A stretch of 25,132 bases of DNA from Verrucomicrobiota bacterium (GTDB lineage: Bacteria; Verrucomicrobiota; Verrucomicrobiia; Limisphaerales; CANJXF01). Location of the stretch: NCBI GenBank assembly GCA_038214755.1, contig JBBQRQ010000078.1, positions 1 to 25,132 on the forward strand. The letters are read 5' to 3'. The stretch's first letter is position 1. The number at the start of each line of letters is the position of its first letter. A program made the position numbers and the translations under genes. Positions 1-7,936 of this stretch are shown here, piece after piece. The notes beneath the pieces were generated by a model. It made no database searches. It had not been told where the DNA came from and saw only the letters and a program-made list of their open reading frames with translations.

Positions 1-1
1 G

Positions 2-1132
2 AAAGTTTTTCCCATCGGCTTCACCCTCCCGCCGCCCGTCGATGGCAAAACCCCCAGTGGGAAGAATGCGATCCAGGAATTGGCCGAAGTCGGAGCGACT
101 TTTCTGCGGGCCGGACCGCTCAACGATGCCTGGGATGCCAACCGATTCGCCCAGGAAAAAAAAGTTCAGGATGCCGCCGCCAAATATGGGATGCATTGCT
201 GGCTGGCTTTGCGCGAGGCCGCGAGCATTAACAGCAACGACGTGAAACACGAAGAGTTGCTTCGGAAAATTATCACGACCTTCAAGGACCATCCGGGGAT
301 GGGCGTTTACAAAGGCGTCGATGAACCGGAATGGGGAAAAAGTCCTGTGCCGCCGATGCAACGCGCCTACGAAATTCTCAAACAACTCGATCCCAATCAT
401 CCGCTGGTGTTGATCCAAGCGCCGCGCGGTGAGATTGAAAGTTTGAAAAAATATAAGCCCGTTTGCGACATCCTCGGCTTCGACGTTTATCCCATCGGCT
501 ATCCGCCCGGACAACATTCGCAATTCGCGAAAACGAATTCGGAAATCAGCATGATCGGTGATTACACAAAACGCGCCGTGGAAATCAGCGAAGGGAAAAA
601 ATCAATCTGGATGACTCTGCAAATTTCCTGGAGTGGAATGTCGAAGCCGGGAAAAACGTTGCGCTTTCCGACCTTTCCCGAAGAGCGATTCATGGTTTAC
701 CAGGCGATCATCAATGGGGCGCGCGGCTTGATGTTTTTTGGAGGCGGCGGAGAAAAAGGATTGAGCGCACAGGATAGAAAACTGGCTTGGAACTGGAGAT
801 TTTGGAATCGCGTTCTGCGTCCGGTGCTCGAGGAAATTGGATCGAAGAGTCCGCTCTATCCGGCGCTGGTTGCACCGAATTCTAAATTGCCGGTGAAGGT
901 CAAAGGCGATGGGATGGAGTTTTGCGTTCGCGAAGTGGGCCCTGAGATTTTTGTGCTGGCTTGCAAGCGAAATAATACGACGGATGAAATCGAATTCACT
1001 GGTTTGCCCTCGACCGCCACCGGCGGGGAAATGCTTTTCGAAGATCCGCGCAAAGTGGAAATTAAAAACGGCGCGTTCAAGGATTGGTTCGCGCCCTTTG
1101 AAGTTCACGTCTATCGCTTTCGCCGAAATTAA
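2..1132 (+). CDS. Glycoside hydrolase-like (TIM-barrel) protein, 5'-truncated by window edge
   Basis: The frame of ORF 80..1132 is open back to base 2 (KVFPIGFTLPPPVDGK...). GVDEP and FDVYP motifs resemble clan GH-A catalytic strands, followed by a beta-rich C-terminus. Family not assignable by eye. Confidence 0.55.
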   Translation, partial: KVFPIGFTLPPPVDGKTPSGKNAIQELAEVGATFLRAGPLNDAWDANRFAQEKKVQDAAAKYGMHCWLALREAASINSNDVKHEELLRKIITTFKDHPGMGVYKGVDEPEWGKSPVPPMQRAYEILKQLDPNHPLVLIQAPRGEIESLKKYKPVCDILGFDVYPIGYPPGQHSQFAKTNSEISMIGDYTKRAVEISEGKKSIWMTLQISWSGMSKPGKTLRFPTFPEERFMVYQAIINGARGLMFFGGGGEKGLSAQDRKLAWNWRFWNRVLRPVLEEIGSKSPLYPALVAPNSKLPVKVKGDGMEFCVREVGPEIFVLACKRNNTTDEIEFTGLPSTATGGEMLFEDPRKVEIKNGAFKDWFAPFEVHVYRFRRN

Positions 1133-1279
1133 AGCAGTTGCAAAAATAAATTTTCCAATCGGAACGCTGATTTCCTGATCGGCTCGGCAACCCAACCTCG
1201 ACGGCGGCGAGCCGAACCGGCGTTCGGCGTTCGGCGGGGAGCCGCCTTTTCCAAAAATTTATTTTGGCAACTCGTTTAA
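1130..1279. mobile_element. MITE-like element with 24-bp imperfect terminal inverted repeats and an internal REP-like pair
   Basis: aaagcagttgcaaaaataaatttt (1131-1154) versus aaaatttattttggcaactcgttt (1254-1277): inverted, 3 mismatches, TTAA at both outer ends. Interior has ggaacgctgatttcctgatcggc (1161-1183) and an inverted relative near 1211-1233. Confidence 0.6.
1233..1250 (+). terminator. Possible intrinsic terminator
   Basis: GGCGG-GGAG-CCGCC-TTTT downstream of the first CDS; stem and T-tract are both short. Confidence 0.35.
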
Positions 1280-1338
1280 AAGCAGTTGCGCCGCGCGGCT
1301 TCGATGGCAACCTAAAAGAAAAGGAGAAAAGCAAAATT

Positions 1339-1518
1339 ATGAAATCCAGCACGAAAGATGAAATCAAAGGCAAAGCTAAAGAACTCAAAGGAGAGGTCAA
1401 AAGAAGTGTCGGCAGGGCAATGAACCGCCCCGATATTGAAGATGCAGGGATCGACGAAAAAGTGCAGGGCAAAGTGCAAAAGAAAGTTGGCCAGATTAAA
1501 AAAGTTTTTGGCAGTTGA
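1339..1518 (+). CDS. csbD: CsbD family stress-response protein
   Basis: MKSSTKDEIKGKAKELKGEVKRSVGRAMNR...GKVQKKVGQIKKVFG matches the CsbD/YjbJ pattern; SD-like AAGGAG at 1321-1326. Confidence 0.85.
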   Translation: MKSSTKDEIKGKAKELKGEVKRSVGRAMNRPDIEDAGIDEKVQGKVQKKVGQIKKVFGS

Positions 1519-1660
1519 CCGCTGCGGCGCGTGACGTGGAATTTACCCGGAAGATCTCGCCTCTAAAATATTCGTCACTGGCGATGAGAGGACGTCAAAA
1601 AGCCAACTCGTCTTTTGGTTCACGGTGGAGGATGGAGTTTTGGCAAAAGGTTGTCGCTCC

Positions 1661-2659
1661 ATGAAACCAAAGTTGCTGGTCCTCGAGTTCTGGGGCATTG
1701 GCGATCTGGCGATTGCCACTCCGTTTCTTCAAGAAGCTTCTAAAAAATACGAGGTCACGCTGCTCGCCAAACCATTTGCTCACGATTTACAAAAACGATT
1801 TTGGCCCGAGGTAAAAGTCGTTTCGTTCACGGCGCCGTGGACCGCGTTCAAAGGCAAATATAATTTTTATCTCTGGCCGTGGATTTCGATGTTCCGTTTG
1901 TGGCGGCAGTTGCAGGCCGCGCGTTTCGACCTCGCCATTTCCGCCCGACGCGATCCGCGCGACCATTTTTTGTTGTGGTTGTTTGGCGCAAGAAACCGGC
2001 TGGGATTTCCCCGGCTTCAGGGGCAAAAGTTTTTGACCCAATCGGTTGGCCTCCCCAATCCAGAGGCGCATCGCTACGAATCATGGCGGCAATTGGCTTC
2101 GGCGCTGGACATCGAACTGCCGAAAAAAGAACAGCTTCATTTCGACAAAAATAATTTCAACGAGCGGATTTTAGTCCACACCGGCGCGGCCCGCTCCGTG
2201 CGAGTCTGGCCATTGGTCCGCTTTCGAAACCTGGTCAACCATCTTCGCCGGATGAATTATGAAGTGCAGGTCGTGTGTGATCCGGGCCAAAGGAGTTGGT
2301 GGCTGGACGCCGATGAGGAAAATGTAGCCACGCCGACAACACTCAAGGCGTTGTTAAAAATTATCGAAATGTCCGGGCTTTTTATTGGCAACGATTCGGG
2401 CCCCGGACATCTCGCGGCGATTTCCGGTTGCCCGACTTTTACCATTTTTGGTCCGCAATTGCCGGAGTGGTTTACTCCCTTGCACCCAGAAGCCGAGTGC
2501 ATCGAAGGCAAAGCGTGCCCCTACAAACCCTGTTTTGATTATTGCCAATTTCCCGCGCCACATTGTTTGCTGAACGTCAGTGAAGAAGAAGTTTTGCGAA
2601 AGGTTGAAAACTTTGTGGCGAACCATTTTCAAAAAATGTCGGGTGTAGCGCAGCTCTAA
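1661..2659 (+). CDS. Glycosyltransferase family 9 (heptosyltransferase-like)
   Basis: N-terminal LLVLEFWGIGDL and C-terminal FIGNDSGPGHLAA..GCPTFTIFGP are GT9 motifs. Confidence 0.9.
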   Translation: MKPKLLVLEFWGIGDLAIATPFLQEASKKYEVTLLAKPFAHDLQKRFWPEVKVVSFTAPWTAFKGKYNFYLWPWISMFRLWRQLQAARFDLAISARRDPRDHFLLWLFGARNRLGFPRLQGQKFLTQSVGLPNPEAHRYESWRQLASALDIELPKKEQLHFDKNNFNERILVHTGAARSVRVWPLVRFRNLVNHLRRMNYEVQVVCDPGQRSWWLDADEENVATPTTLKALLKIIEMSGLFIGNDSGPGHLAAISGCPTFTIFGPQLPEWFTPLHPEAECIEGKACPYKPCFDYCQFPAPHCLLNVSEEEVLRKVENFVANHFQKMSGVAQL

Positions 2660-2669
2660 TCCAGAATGA

Positions 2670-2890
2670 TTCAGTGAAAGAGAAACGCTCGACCTCACCC
2701 CGGCCCTCTCCTCCGAGGAGAGGGAGAATCGTTCGCCGCGCTTTGGTCCCTGGCGAACGGCTGGGTTGTAATGCGCTTGCTTCTGGCGAATGGCCAGAAA
2801 GCGGAAATGACACAACGCGCTTTCGAACTTTCGAGAAATCTCCATCGCGATTCCCTCTCCTCGGGGGAGAGGGTCAGGGTGAGGGCGAGC
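2670..2890 (+). repeat. Family A ~220-bp REP-doublet (REPIN/MITE-like) element, copy 1
   Basis: Left arm gctcgacctcaccccggccctctcctccgaggagagggag and right arm ccctctcctcgggggagagggtcagggtgagggcgagc are inverted. The whole unit is homologous to 20621-20835 (reverse complement). Confidence 0.9.
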
Positions 2891-2966
2891 GACCAACTGA
2901 CTGAAATCTTTCAGTGTTGCCGCCATGAGTTCCGATGGAGCAGGGACTTCGCGCCACCATTGTAAA

Positions 2967-4682
2967 ATGAAACGTTTCACAAAACTTTTTTGCGAAATCG
3001 ATCAGACGACGCGCACCAACGAAAAGGTCGCCGCGCTCGAAAATTATTTTCGCGATGCGCCACCCGCCGATGCCGCGTGGGCTTTGCAATTTCTTTGTGG
3101 CCGGACTTTGCCGCGCGCTGTGCCCACGAAAATTCTTTGGGAATTGACTCTGGCAGAAACCCATCTCCCCGATTGGTTGCTCGGAGAATGTCACGATGCC
3201 GTCGGTGATCTCGCGGAAACGCTGGCGCTTGTGCTCCGCGATTCGGGCGCAGGGACTTCTCTTGGGTTACGCGAACTGATCGAGCAACGTTTGCTTCCCT
3301 TGCGCCAACTTCCAGACGGCGCGCGCCGCGATTTGCTCCGGCAAACCTGGCGTGAATTGAATGCGAACGAGCGTCTCATCTGGAACAAATTGATCACCGG
3401 AAATTTTCGAGTCGGCGTGGCGAGAACCCTGGTCATTCGCGCATTGGCCGGCGTCGCGGGAATTGAACCTGCGATCATGGCGCATCGCGTGATGGGTTCG
3501 TGGAAACCGACGGCGGACGATTTCCAAAGCGTGATGAGCGGTGAAATCGGAATAGTTGAAATCGCCAAACCGTATCCGTTTTTTTTGGCGTCACCGATTG
3601 AAATGAAAATCAAAAAAGGCGAAAGTTTCGACGCGCTCGGCGATGTGCGCGAATGGCTGGCCGAATGGAAGTGGGACGGCATTCGCGCGCAACTGATTCG
3701 CCGGAGTGGTGACACGCTGATCTGGTCGCGCGGCGATGAGATGGTTACGGAAACGTTTCCCGAAATTGTGGAGGCTGGGAAATTTTTGCCGGAAGGAACG
3801 GTGCTCGACGGAGAAATTCTCGCCTGGCAAGAAGAGCGACCCCAGTCTTTCGCCAAGTTGCAACGGCGTCTGGGGCGCAAACAAGTCTCCGCGAAAACGC
3901 GTTCGGAATTTCCCGTCGCTTTTCTCGCCTATGATCTTTTGGAACTCGATGGAAATGATTTTCGCGCGCGGCCGTTGCAGGAACGGCGAGAAAAACTGGA
4001 AGAAATTATTTTCGCGGCCACGACTCGGGCAAAAGAAAATGTCGCCGACAAAACAAACAACAATTTTGAGACGCCGTTGCTCTGCGGATTTGAACCCGCT
4101 GGCGCAGAAGATAAATCGCCCGCAAATTTTCCTTTGCGTCCGTCGCCCGTTCTGCGCGCTGATTCTTGGGAGGATCTCGCTCGGTTGCAACGCGAAGCCC
4201 GGTCGCGCGGCGTGGAAGGGTTGATGTTGAAACGCCTTTCTTCACCGTATGGCGTCGGCCGTCAGCGCGGCGATTGGTGGAAATGGAAAATCGATCCATT
4301 CGTGATCGACGCGGTTTTGATTTACGCCCAGCGCGGGAATGGACGCCGCGCCAGTCTTTACACCGATTACACTTTTGGACTTTGGGACGGGGGGCAACTT
4401 GTTCCGGTGGCCAAAGCGTATTCAGGTTTGACCGACGCAGAAATTCTCGAAGTGGACTCGTTCGTTCGGCGCAATTCAGAGGAAAAATTTGGCCCCGTGC
4501 GCGTTGTCAAACCGGAGTTGGTTTTCGAACTCGCCTTTGAAGGAATTCAAAAATCAACTCGACACCGGGCCGGGATCGCCGTCCGCTTTCCGCGAATGAA
4601 CCGCTGGCGGCGCGACAAGAAACCAGAAGAAGCGGATACGGTGGAAACATTACGCGCTCTGGCGAATTTCGAAACGCGATGA
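2967..4682 (+). CDS. ATP-dependent DNA ligase
   Basis: EWKWDGIRAQ adenylation motif, LDGE, EGLMLK, WWKWK, and C-terminal OB domain with AVRFPR. Confidence 0.95.
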   Translation: MKRFTKLFCEIDQTTRTNEKVAALENYFRDAPPADAAWALQFLCGRTLPRAVPTKILWELTLAETHLPDWLLGECHDAVGDLAETLALVLRDSGAGTSLGLRELIEQRLLPLRQLPDGARRDLLRQTWRELNANERLIWNKLITGNFRVGVARTLVIRALAGVAGIEPAIMAHRVMGSWKPTADDFQSVMSGEIGIVEIAKPYPFFLASPIEMKIKKGESFDALGDVREWLAEWKWDGIRAQLIRRSGDTLIWSRGDEMVTETFPEIVEAGKFLPEGTVLDGEILAWQEERPQSFAKLQRRLGRKQVSAKTRSEFPVAFLAYDLLELDGNDFRARPLQERREKLEEIIFAATTRAKENVADKTNNNFETPLLCGFEPAGAEDKSPANFPLRPSPVLRADSWEDLARLQREARSRGVEGLMLKRLSSPYGVGRQRGDWWKWKIDPFVIDAVLIYAQRGNGRRASLYTDYTFGLWDGGQLVPVAKAYSGLTDAEILEVDSFVRRNSEEKFGPVRVVKPELVFELAFEGIQKSTRHRAGIAVRFPRMNRWRRDKKPEEADTVETLRALANFETR

Positions 4683-5359
4683 AACCTCGTCTGCTGATCA
4701 CGGCGGCAATTGTGATTTGTATTTTTCTGGCGATGACAGGTATTGCCACGAATGACCGCGGCACTTGGATGATGGAAGTGACGCCAGTCGTTATTGCGTT
4801 GCCCATCTTATGGATTAGTTATCGCCGCTTTCCACTCACGCCGCTGCTTTACTTCCTGATTTTTATTCATGCCGTGGTTTTGATTATGGGCGGTTACTAC
4901 ACTTACGCCAAAGTGCCTTTCGGTTTTTGGCTCGAACATATTTTTTCACTGAGTCGAAATCCCTACGACAAGATCGGCCATTTCTTGCAGGGATTTGTGC
5001 CGGCGCTGCTGGCGCGAGAAATTTTTATTCGGGGAAGTTTCGTCCGAGGAAAAAAGATGACACAATTTCTTTCCGTCTGCCTGGCGATGACGATCAGCGC
5101 GTGTTACGAACTGATCGAATGGGCGGCCGCGGTCGGGCTGGGGCAGGGAGCCGAACAATTTCTCGGCACGCAAGGAGATTCGTGGGATACGCAGTCGGAT
5201 ATGTTAATGGCGTTAATCGGAGCAGTCGTGGCGTTAATAACTTGTTCGCGGTGGCAAAATCGTCAGATGGAAAAGCTAAACGGGAACCAACTTGTTCCAA
5301 GGCCGATCAGGAGATCGGCGTTCCGTTGCCATCTCTTTCCGCCTCACCCTGAAAAATAA
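4679..5359 (+). CDS. DUF2238 (YjdF-like) inner membrane protein
   Basis: GGYYTYAKVP, RNPYDKIGHF, YELIEW and FLGTQGDSWDTQSDM motifs; hydrophobic; ATGA overlap with the ligase stop. Confidence 0.9.
   Translation: MKPRLLITAAIVICIFLAMTGIATNDRGTWMMEVTPVVIALPILWISYRRFPLTPLLYFLIFIHAVVLIMGGYYTYAKVPFGFWLEHIFSLSRNPYDKIGHFLQGFVPALLAREIFIRGSFVRGKKMTQFLSVCLAMTISACYELIEWAAAVGLGQGAEQFLGTQGDSWDTQSDMLMALIGAVVALITCSRWQNRQMEKLNGNQLVPRPIRRSAFRCHLFPPHPEK
5302..5324 (-). repeat. Family D REP-like hairpin (GGAACGCCGATCTCCTGATCGGC)
   Basis: Reverse complement matches 1161-1183 at 21 of 23 positions; contains the prmA stop codon. Confidence 0.75.
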
Positions 5360-6242
5360 ATTTTCCCGACCGCCATTCTTTTCCGACGCGACTCGACTGT
5401 AATTTCATTCCCATTTTTTCGTAAGTCTTCTGCACTTGAGCGAATTGAGTTTTCAAAATTCCGGCCAAAATCAGCGAACCGCCCGGCGCCAGGCGATTGA
5501 CGATTCGCTCCCGCCCGCTCAACAACACGTCGTAAATTAAATTCGCGCAAATTACGTCGAACTTTATTTTGCTCTGCGCGGGAAGTTGGGCAAGGTCGCA
5601 ACAAATGGGATGGACTTGCCCGGCAACATCATTTCGTTTCGCGTTAGCGTGGCTGACGCGAATCGCGTCGCGATCAAAATCAAAAGCGTTCACCGGAGAA
5701 TAGCCGAGCTTCGCCGCGGAAATGGCGAGAATTCCCGAACCCGTTCCGATATCCAAAAAAGATTGGGGCTGCCCAATGCGGCGGCAGCGGACGAGTTGTT
5801 CCAGGCAAAATAAAGTCGTCGCGTGCTGGCCGGTGCCGAAGCTCAAGCCCGGATCAAGAACGACGCAGGCCTGATTTTTTCGCGAAAGTTTTTTGCTCCA
5901 ACTCGGTTTAATCAGCAGCGCATCGCCAATCTCAATCGGCTGGAAATGTTTCTTCCATGACTCGGCCCAATCCTGCGCGGGCAATTTCTGCGCGCTGATT
6001 CTGGCAGGGTCAATTTTTCTTCCCGGTTCTCGCAGCCGCCGCAAAGCGTTTTGAAGTTCCCGTTTGTTTTTTGAATTCCACTCGGAAATCCGCGTTAAAT
6101 AAATTGATGCGGAAGTTTTTCCCGTCTTCGCGTCGGTGTAAATGGCAGGCGTTTGTCCAAAAATATTTTCGAGCAACGCTGAAATTATTTTCTCGGCGTC
6201 CTCTGAAATCGTGACCGAAATTTTCCAGAGAGCGCCCTTCAT
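5307..6242 (-). CDS. prmA: 50S ribosomal protein L11 methyltransferase
   Basis: DWAESWKKHF, LDPGLSFGTGQHATT, LDIGTGSGILAI and LILAGIL motifs; start overlaps the upstream gene's stop (ATGA). Confidence 0.95.
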   Translation of the reverse strand: MKGALWKISVTISEDAEKIISALLENIFGQTPAIYTDAKTGKTSASIYLTRISEWNSKNKRELQNALRRLREPGRKIDPARISAQKLPAQDWAESWKKHFQPIEIGDALLIKPSWSKKLSRKNQACVVLDPGLSFGTGQHATTLFCLEQLVRCRRIGQPQSFLDIGTGSGILAISAAKLGYSPVNAFDFDRDAIRVSHANAKRNDVAGQVHPICCDLAQLPAQSKIKFDVICANLIYDVLLSGRERIVNRLAPGGSLILAGILKTQFAQVQKTYEKMGMKLQSSRVGKEWRSGKFIFQGEAERDGNGTPIS

Positions 6243-6856
6243 GCGAGATCGCGCCACGGAGTGAAGTTGAGCAATTGCACTTCGACTTTGTTCGGCGTGC
6301 AGTGAATTTGAGTGACGCTCGCATATTCAATTTCAAAGGCGGCCAGCTTGGGCAACGGCAACTCCAACAAAATGGAAAGGATCATGCGAATGACTCCCCC
6401 GTGACAAACGATCGCCACCGTTTTTCCCGCGTTTTCCTCCAGAATTTTTCCCAGGCACGGCTCGATCCGACCGCGAAAGGTGCGGGCGCATTCACCGTTC
6501 GGCACCGCCGCTTGCTCCAGCATTTCGAGCCATTGAAACGCGCTGACCTGAAATTTATCGTGGACTTCCTGCCAACTCAAACCTGTCCAATCACCAAAGT
6601 GCACCTCGGACAAATCGGTAATTGTCTCGGGCAAAATTTTTTGATGCGTGAGCAACGGCGCGAGAGTTTGCTGCGCGCGTTTCATCGGGCTGCAATAAAT
6701 CGCGTCGTACGATTTACCTTTCAAATATTTTGCCAGCGCCTCGGCTTGAAGATGGCCCTGCGGAGAAAGCTCCATGTCGATGCGTCCGCCGAAAACGCGT
6801 TGGTAACGGGATTCCACTTCGGCATGGCGCAAAAGAAAAAGCTGGGTCGGGCGCAT
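6239..6856 (-). CDS. Histidine phosphatase (phosphoglycerate mutase/CobC-like) family protein
   Basis: LLRHAE, CSPMKRAQQT, LSEVHFGDW and VCHGGVIR motifs. Confidence 0.9.
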   Translation of the reverse strand: MRPTQLFLLRHAEVESRYQRVFGGRIDMELSPQGHLQAEALAKYLKGKSYDAIYCSPMKRAQQTLAPLLTHQKILPETITDLSEVHFGDWTGLSWQEVHDKFQVSAFQWLEMLEQAAVPNGECARTFRGRIEPCLGKILEENAGKTVAIVCHGGVIRMILSILLELPLPKLAAFEIEYASVTQIHCTPNKVEVQLLNFTPWRDLA

Positions 6857-6881
6857 GGAGGACTAAAACTTCGAGGAACTT

Positions 6882-7646
6882 CTACGCAGCGGAAATAACG
6901 TCGCGCTGCAATTCGAGTAATTGTTGGATCCCACTTTTTCCGAGCGCCAGCATCAAGGCGAGTTGCGTTTCGCTGAAAGTGCTTTCTTCGCCGGTGCCTT
7001 GGAGTTCAATAAAATCACCGGCCGCATTCATCACCAGGTTCAGGTCAACTTGCGCGGCCACATCTTCGACGTAACACAAATCGAGCAGCGCTTCGCCATT
7101 GACGATCCCGACGCTGACCGCCGCCACCGGATGGATCGTTGGATCCGTTTTCAATTTTCCCTCGTGCAACAATTTGCGAATGGCCAATTGCAAGGCGACA
7201 TACGCACCAGTAATGGCAGCGGTTCGGGTTCCGCCATCAGCTTGCAAAACATCGCAGTCCACCCAAACTGTGCGCGAGCCGAGTTTTTCCAAATCGATGC
7301 TGGCGCGCATGGCCCGGCCGATGAGGCGCTGAATTTCCTGGGAGCGTCCGTCAATTTTTCCTTTCGTGATGTCGCGGGGTTTTCGAGTGAGCGTGGAGTA
7401 GGGGAGCATCGAATATTCCGAGGTGAGCCAGCCGCCGGTCACGCCTTGTTCCTTCATCCAGCGCGGGACAATTTCTTCCACGGTCACTCCGCAAATCACG
7501 CGAGTCAGCCCCCACTCAATCAAAGTTGAACCGGTCGCGTATGGGGCGATGTCATTTTGAAAATGAATTTTTCGCAGTTCATTCGCATCGCGGCCATCGT
7601 TGCGCGCGAAAATAATTTTGGTGGGCATGGGTTCAATCGCAACCAT
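6882..7646 (-). CDS. rph: Ribonuclease PH
   Basis: GWLTSEYSMLP, GRSQEIQRLIGR and DCDVLQADGGTRTAAITG motifs. Start is 7646 (promoter spacing) or 7628. Confidence 0.97.
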   Translation of the reverse strand: MVAIEPMPTKIIFARNDGRDANELRKIHFQNDIAPYATGSTLIEWGLTRVICGVTVEEIVPRWMKEQGVTGGWLTSEYSMLPYSTLTRKPRDITKGKIDGRSQEIQRLIGRAMRASIDLEKLGSRTVWVDCDVLQADGGTRTAAITGAYVALQLAIRKLLHEGKLKTDPTIHPVAAVSVGIVNGEALLDLCYVEDVAAQVDLNLVMNAAGDFIELQGTGEESTFSETQLALMLALGKSGIQQLLELQRDVISAA

Positions 7647-7652
7647 GACGCG

Positions 7653-7681
7653 ATGCTAACGACCGGCAATTGCGGCGGCAA
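7653..7681 (-). promoter_or_regulatory. Putative sigma70 promoter of rph (leaderless)
   Basis: Minus strand reads TTGCCG-17 nt-TAGCAT-6 nt-ATG(7646). Confidence 0.5.
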
Positions 7682-7749
7682 CGGAGAATTTACGAGGGAC
7701 GTATCCGCCCACCTGAGGACGCGTTCCGCCTTCCACCCTGAAACAGGGT

Positions 7750-7787
7750 GGACAACCTTTTGTTGCATATGCAACAAAAGGTTGTCC
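7750..7787. repeat. Perfect 38-bp palindrome
   Basis: ggacaaccttttgttgcat|atgcaacaaaaggttgtcc, with no spacer and no mismatch. Confidence 0.95.
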
Positions 7788-7936
7788 TCAACTTCCTCGG
7801 TCGGTTCATCGGAGAGGGAATTTTATCCAGGCAGGTGAGGGCGAGCGACCTGTCACTGTTGAATTGCTACAGATCTGGTGGCGGCGAGAGAATTCCTTCG
7901 CCGACTGATTTTATCCGCTCTATATTTTGCGCCGCG

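Noticed and set aside
1519..1620. Possible riboswitch or hairpins upstream of the GT9 gene
   Set aside because: Only short imperfect stems and no recognisable RNA family.
2674..2904. Similar short ORFs in both family A copies (EKRSTSPRPSP.RRGR), suggesting a peptide gene
   Set aside because: The two copies end in different frames and core peptide similarity is poor; the similarity reflects the DNA repeat.
6239..6856. RHA instead of RHG in the histidine phosphatase as a sign of inactivation
   Set aside because: The catalytic Arg-His, second Arg and HG are retained; RHA is a known variant.
7748..7936. 63-aa N-terminal extension of HemW
   Set aside because: It translates the palindrome region; HemW similarity starts after ATG 7937.
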